Source of the DNA: Epiperipatus broadwayi
Lineage: Eukaryota; Animalia; Onychophora
Direction: 5' to 3'
Length of the DNA: 64,000 nucleotides
Assembly: GCA_028023455.1 (NCBI GenBank)
Contig: JAQFVV010000007.1
Coordinates: 19,468,001 to 19,532,000 of the forward strand
Positions 60,022-64,000 of this stretch are shown one piece after another; the stretch's first letter is position 1; every line of letters starts with the position of its first letter. The notes under the pieces are model-generated. The model was not told the origin of the DNA, searched no databases, and saw nothing but the letters and a program-made list of their open reading frames with translations. A program made the translations under genes and the position numbers.

Positions 60022-63000
60022 GGATGTCCATCTGTTTAGAAAAGAATATAATGTATTTGATAATTAAAATCTATTTCAAATTTATATATATATATATATA
60101 ATGTAACTGACAGAATTGCACAACCCACAAGCATAGATGCACATACATAAATGATGTACTACAAGTACCAAACCAGTCTGACCCAAATAAAAATGTCTAT
60201 GACTATAAACCAAATATACTGCACTAATTACACTATGGATTGAAGTATTAAAGAGCAAACAAACCAGAAAATCATCAAAACAAATACCGATACTGTCTTG
60301 CAGACAAATAAAACAAACTTGGATCGATTTAAACTATATACTAACTATTTATGTGACAAGCCACCCCCTACCTATCATTAAATATTCACCCAAAGAAAAA
60401 TACTAACATGCTTTTAAACATAGTTTTAGTTCATTAATGCAAAAAAAATTTAAAATTTCAAGTTATTTTGTTTTTTTTAGTTAGATGCAACCAGCTGTTA
60501 CTGACACAATGCTATTTAATTACAATTGGTTTTTTGTGCATATTCAGAAGATCACTATATATATATATCATTTTTAAAATGTCATTTTAAAATGAAATAT
60601 TTAAATTTCATTATCATATATAATGCTACCCACCTCCAGTTGAATATATGTTTATCTGTCCTTCTCTGCCTTTAGATATGTCAGCATGCATATAATTACT
60701 TCTTCAGCAAGCTGGGGTTCCATGGGCAAGATGGAAAATTTTTTTGGTGAGTTTGGTTTTGTTGATTGTCATCAAGAAAAATATCCATGTAAAATGTTGG
60801 TCTCCTTACTGCATAGGATTGTTGATGGAAAGCAGCTGTCTTGGATTGGGCTTCAGGTAAGCTAGCTGTATTAGTTCGATAGATTTCAGGCAAACAACTG
60901 TCCTCTTCATATTTAAGACTATGAATTTCAAGAAGTAGGTCACTTTTCTTTATGTGAATTCAAACTCCTGGAAAGGAAAATAGTAGCAGCTCCTGAATCT
61001 ACTGTCCTGTTTTCAGCTACATCAGTTCATCATAGCTATTTTGCCAACTCTGCTACAGCCAACAACAAACTGCAGCTATCTATTTTTGTCAGCTAATTAC
61101 TGCCATTGTCTCAAAAAATTTTACTAGCCAAACTTTTCTGTTCAGCTCTTATAAAAACTACAATCCAAAGTGTTCTCTTCATAAATTGCTATTCAGACTG
61201 AAACTGATATTTTCATCAGTCCTTTTATAGAATCAGATGAGGTAATAACAACACTTTGATTGAAAACAGTTTTTGTTTTTTTTGTCTCTCTAATCCCTTT
61301 TGAAAACAAGTTTGACATTTTTGTCAAAGTGTGATATACATGTTTTCACTCAGGGGATTTCTAATAGATAGATATTTTGTTTAATTAATTTAAAAGTTTC
61401 AAAAATACCATACTTGTTTTTAAATTTCAAAATCAGAATATAAATAATACAATATTTATATTTAATCATACCTTTTTAAAAGTTTAATTTAAAATAAAAT
61501 TTTATTTTAAATTGAGAGTTATTTAATTCTTTACTTATTATTATTTTATTCCAGGAAATGTAGAAAAATATCTACAAAAATTTGTCTGTATTTAATTCTA
61601 CTTTTTCTTTATTATATATATGTTGATACGAAGATTTTCATGGGTTGCATATATAAACGACATTTTGAGGGTTCATCCATTTTAAAATATTTTCAATATT
61701 AATATACCGATGTATTAGTGTGTGCCATATAACCCAACTGGTTACATTGCTCCAGTCTGAGGGAAAAGGAAAATAGAAATGAAACATCTATCTAACAATA
61801 TTTACACAATTTACATGTATAATCAAAACAAAGTTCATACATAAAACTATGTACTCATGACAGTAGGGTGATCTGCAATTTTGAGATAGCTAAAGAATTC
61901 AGCCATCAGACTTTAAGTACACAATGTACCATAAACACCAAAAGAACTACCTCACATGAGACACTATATACTACTACAACCCTTATAAAGATACTGCAAG
62001 CTGTCTTCTGTGGAGGGGCTGGAAAATACAAAACTATGACCTGCTTTTTTTGAGTCTTATGAATTGGGAAATACAAGCTATGCCTTGCTCCTTTTCTTTG
62101 GAGACTTAGAGGTTGGAATCATGGCAGGACCACATTAACTGCTCTATGATAAACAATACAAATTAGAAAAATGGGTTGGAGCAAATAGCCAAGATAGAAC
62201 ACTCTCAGAGTTGCGTGAAAACATTGCATCCTCAAGCCAATGACAAAAATCTCCATCCATCATCAAAATTGAAAATACAGATAAACAAACTTCAACAATA
62301 AATCCAATCTCCAAAATCATTGATTTTCTATTTAACTCCAAATAGGAACCTGTTTAAACATACATGAAAATTACTATTTTATAATTTATAATCATCAATA
62401 CTCTTGTCATATATTTCATAGTAATTTTTAAAATTAATTTTGTATAAAATGCATATTTTATTCTTTCTCAGTTGTGGTTTGAGATAATATTGATAATTTG
62501 GAGTGAGAATCACCAGTATGGGATCATCATCAGCCTTATGTTGGGCAGCCATATATAACGATTGCCACAGTACATGATCGTCATTGTTGCTCAGTTAGGT
62601 AATCATTTGTAACAAGATGAGGTGGTATGGTGGAAAGATGGAGATGGTCATACCTGGGTTGATGGAAAAATCATCATCACTCCTAATAAATTTAAAATGA
62701 AATATAAAATTACTTATTAAAGTAATGTTTAATATTCAAAATATATAAATAATTTTATATATTTAACAGCATGAGATCAGAGAATCTCTCAGAGATCATT
62801 GAGAGATCAGCAGATTAACTAAAAGCATAATTACCCATCAACCAGCATTATAAAGTAAATAAAAATAGTTACTAATAATACACAAAGAAAATAACCATTC
62901 ATCATCGTGAATGATCTATCAAAATACATCAAAATAAAATCAACAGTCAATCTTATGACTGGATTGGAAATGGGTCTTCTGTAGACCAGGCTAACTATTG

Positions 63001-64000
63001 AGCCTTTACCAGCTTGGAGAAATTATGTAACCATTAATTTGGAGGCACAAACTAATTGTGTATCCATCAGAATACATAACCAGAAAAATCTAAACAATAA
63101 TGCTGGGATAAAAAACATGCTGATCATCATCAATGCTCAGGCCATTTGTATTGGCCAACTATAAACTTAACTTCTAATAAGTCTAAACTAAAATAAAATG
63201 TAGTGCAGGAGCTTTGAAGAATATAATCATTGTGCCAAAACCAGTACAATATCAAATGGAATGCTCCTAAAGCACTAAATACACCCCCACATATATTCAT
63301 CCAGTGCTTGAATCTAGATCAGAGAACACAAGCTCTATTACTGGTATGGTGATGAAGAGATAATTTACATAATATTCCATAACTATTTACAATTAAGTCA
63401 CTGGAATAATTTTTACAATTGAATAAGTTTATCGGATAACAATAAAAAATGAAATTAAGGTCTTATAGGACAAGGCTTCAGATTTTGAATAATATACAAT
63501 GAACACATTTCAATTAATATAAAATAAATATAAAAGAAAATGATTAAATTTTACATATGGGTTATACTTGACAAGCATTGGTATTTGCAATACAATTGAC
63601 AGATATATGCACACATACATGTGTGTCTGTGAAATTTTTGAACATATTTAACTTGTTATCTAAAAATAATATATGGTTAAACATTTTAACTTATATTTTT
63701 AATAATACAAGTACTTCATGCTAGGTTTATTCAAACTGCATATTAGTGAAATATATTAATTTATTTATATAACATATTTGAATTGTTATATAAAATAAAA
63801 TAAAAGATTTAAAATTAATATAAGCATGTGTGTGTGTATGCAGACAGACATTTACCTATTTTAATTTGTTAGAATAATAAAGTTATTAAAATATACATTT
63901 TCACAATTAAATTCTTTGTTGAAATTATCTTATAAAATTCACATATTTTTTATGGTAAGTTTTACTTTGCTGGGTATAGTTTTCTTTTTTTTCCTTTTGA

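Noticed and set aside
60700-60860. Possible host exon (AG...GTAAGC with two open frames)
   Set aside because: No recognisable protein similarity and no neighbouring exons. Splice-like motifs occur by chance.
1-64000. Non-standard genetic code as an explanation for the many in-frame stops
   Set aside because: ORFs of 842, 670 and 616 aa are open under the standard code. Stops in the relics are of all three types and come with frameshifts, which indicates decay.

Overview
Very AT-rich eukaryotic DNA, most likely from an invertebrate animal; CpGs are visibly scarce in most old repeats, which suggests DNA methylation. The window is mostly nested and decayed transposable elements. These are four RTE-type LINE copies plus a weak relic, two L1/Tx1-type LINEs (each inserted into another element with a readable target-site duplication), an RTE/RTEX-like LINE with a CCHC tail, a pol-less LTR element, a Gypsy gag relic and Penelope-like relics. 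Only one host-like gene is supported: an intronless 842-aa ORF (38833-41361, +) with a divergent cyclin T-type double cyclin fold, an unrecognised middle region, 3 x 48-aa tandem repeats and a basic tail. The main unexplained items are this probable cyclin T retrogene, a 186-bp self-complementary insertion whose loop is inverted in a second copy, a fold-back hammerhead-ribozyme-like motif, and a six-copy TCAC-N3-CAGGTGAT array. All family assignments come from motif recognition by eye. No database searches were run, and the boundaries of old relics are approximate.
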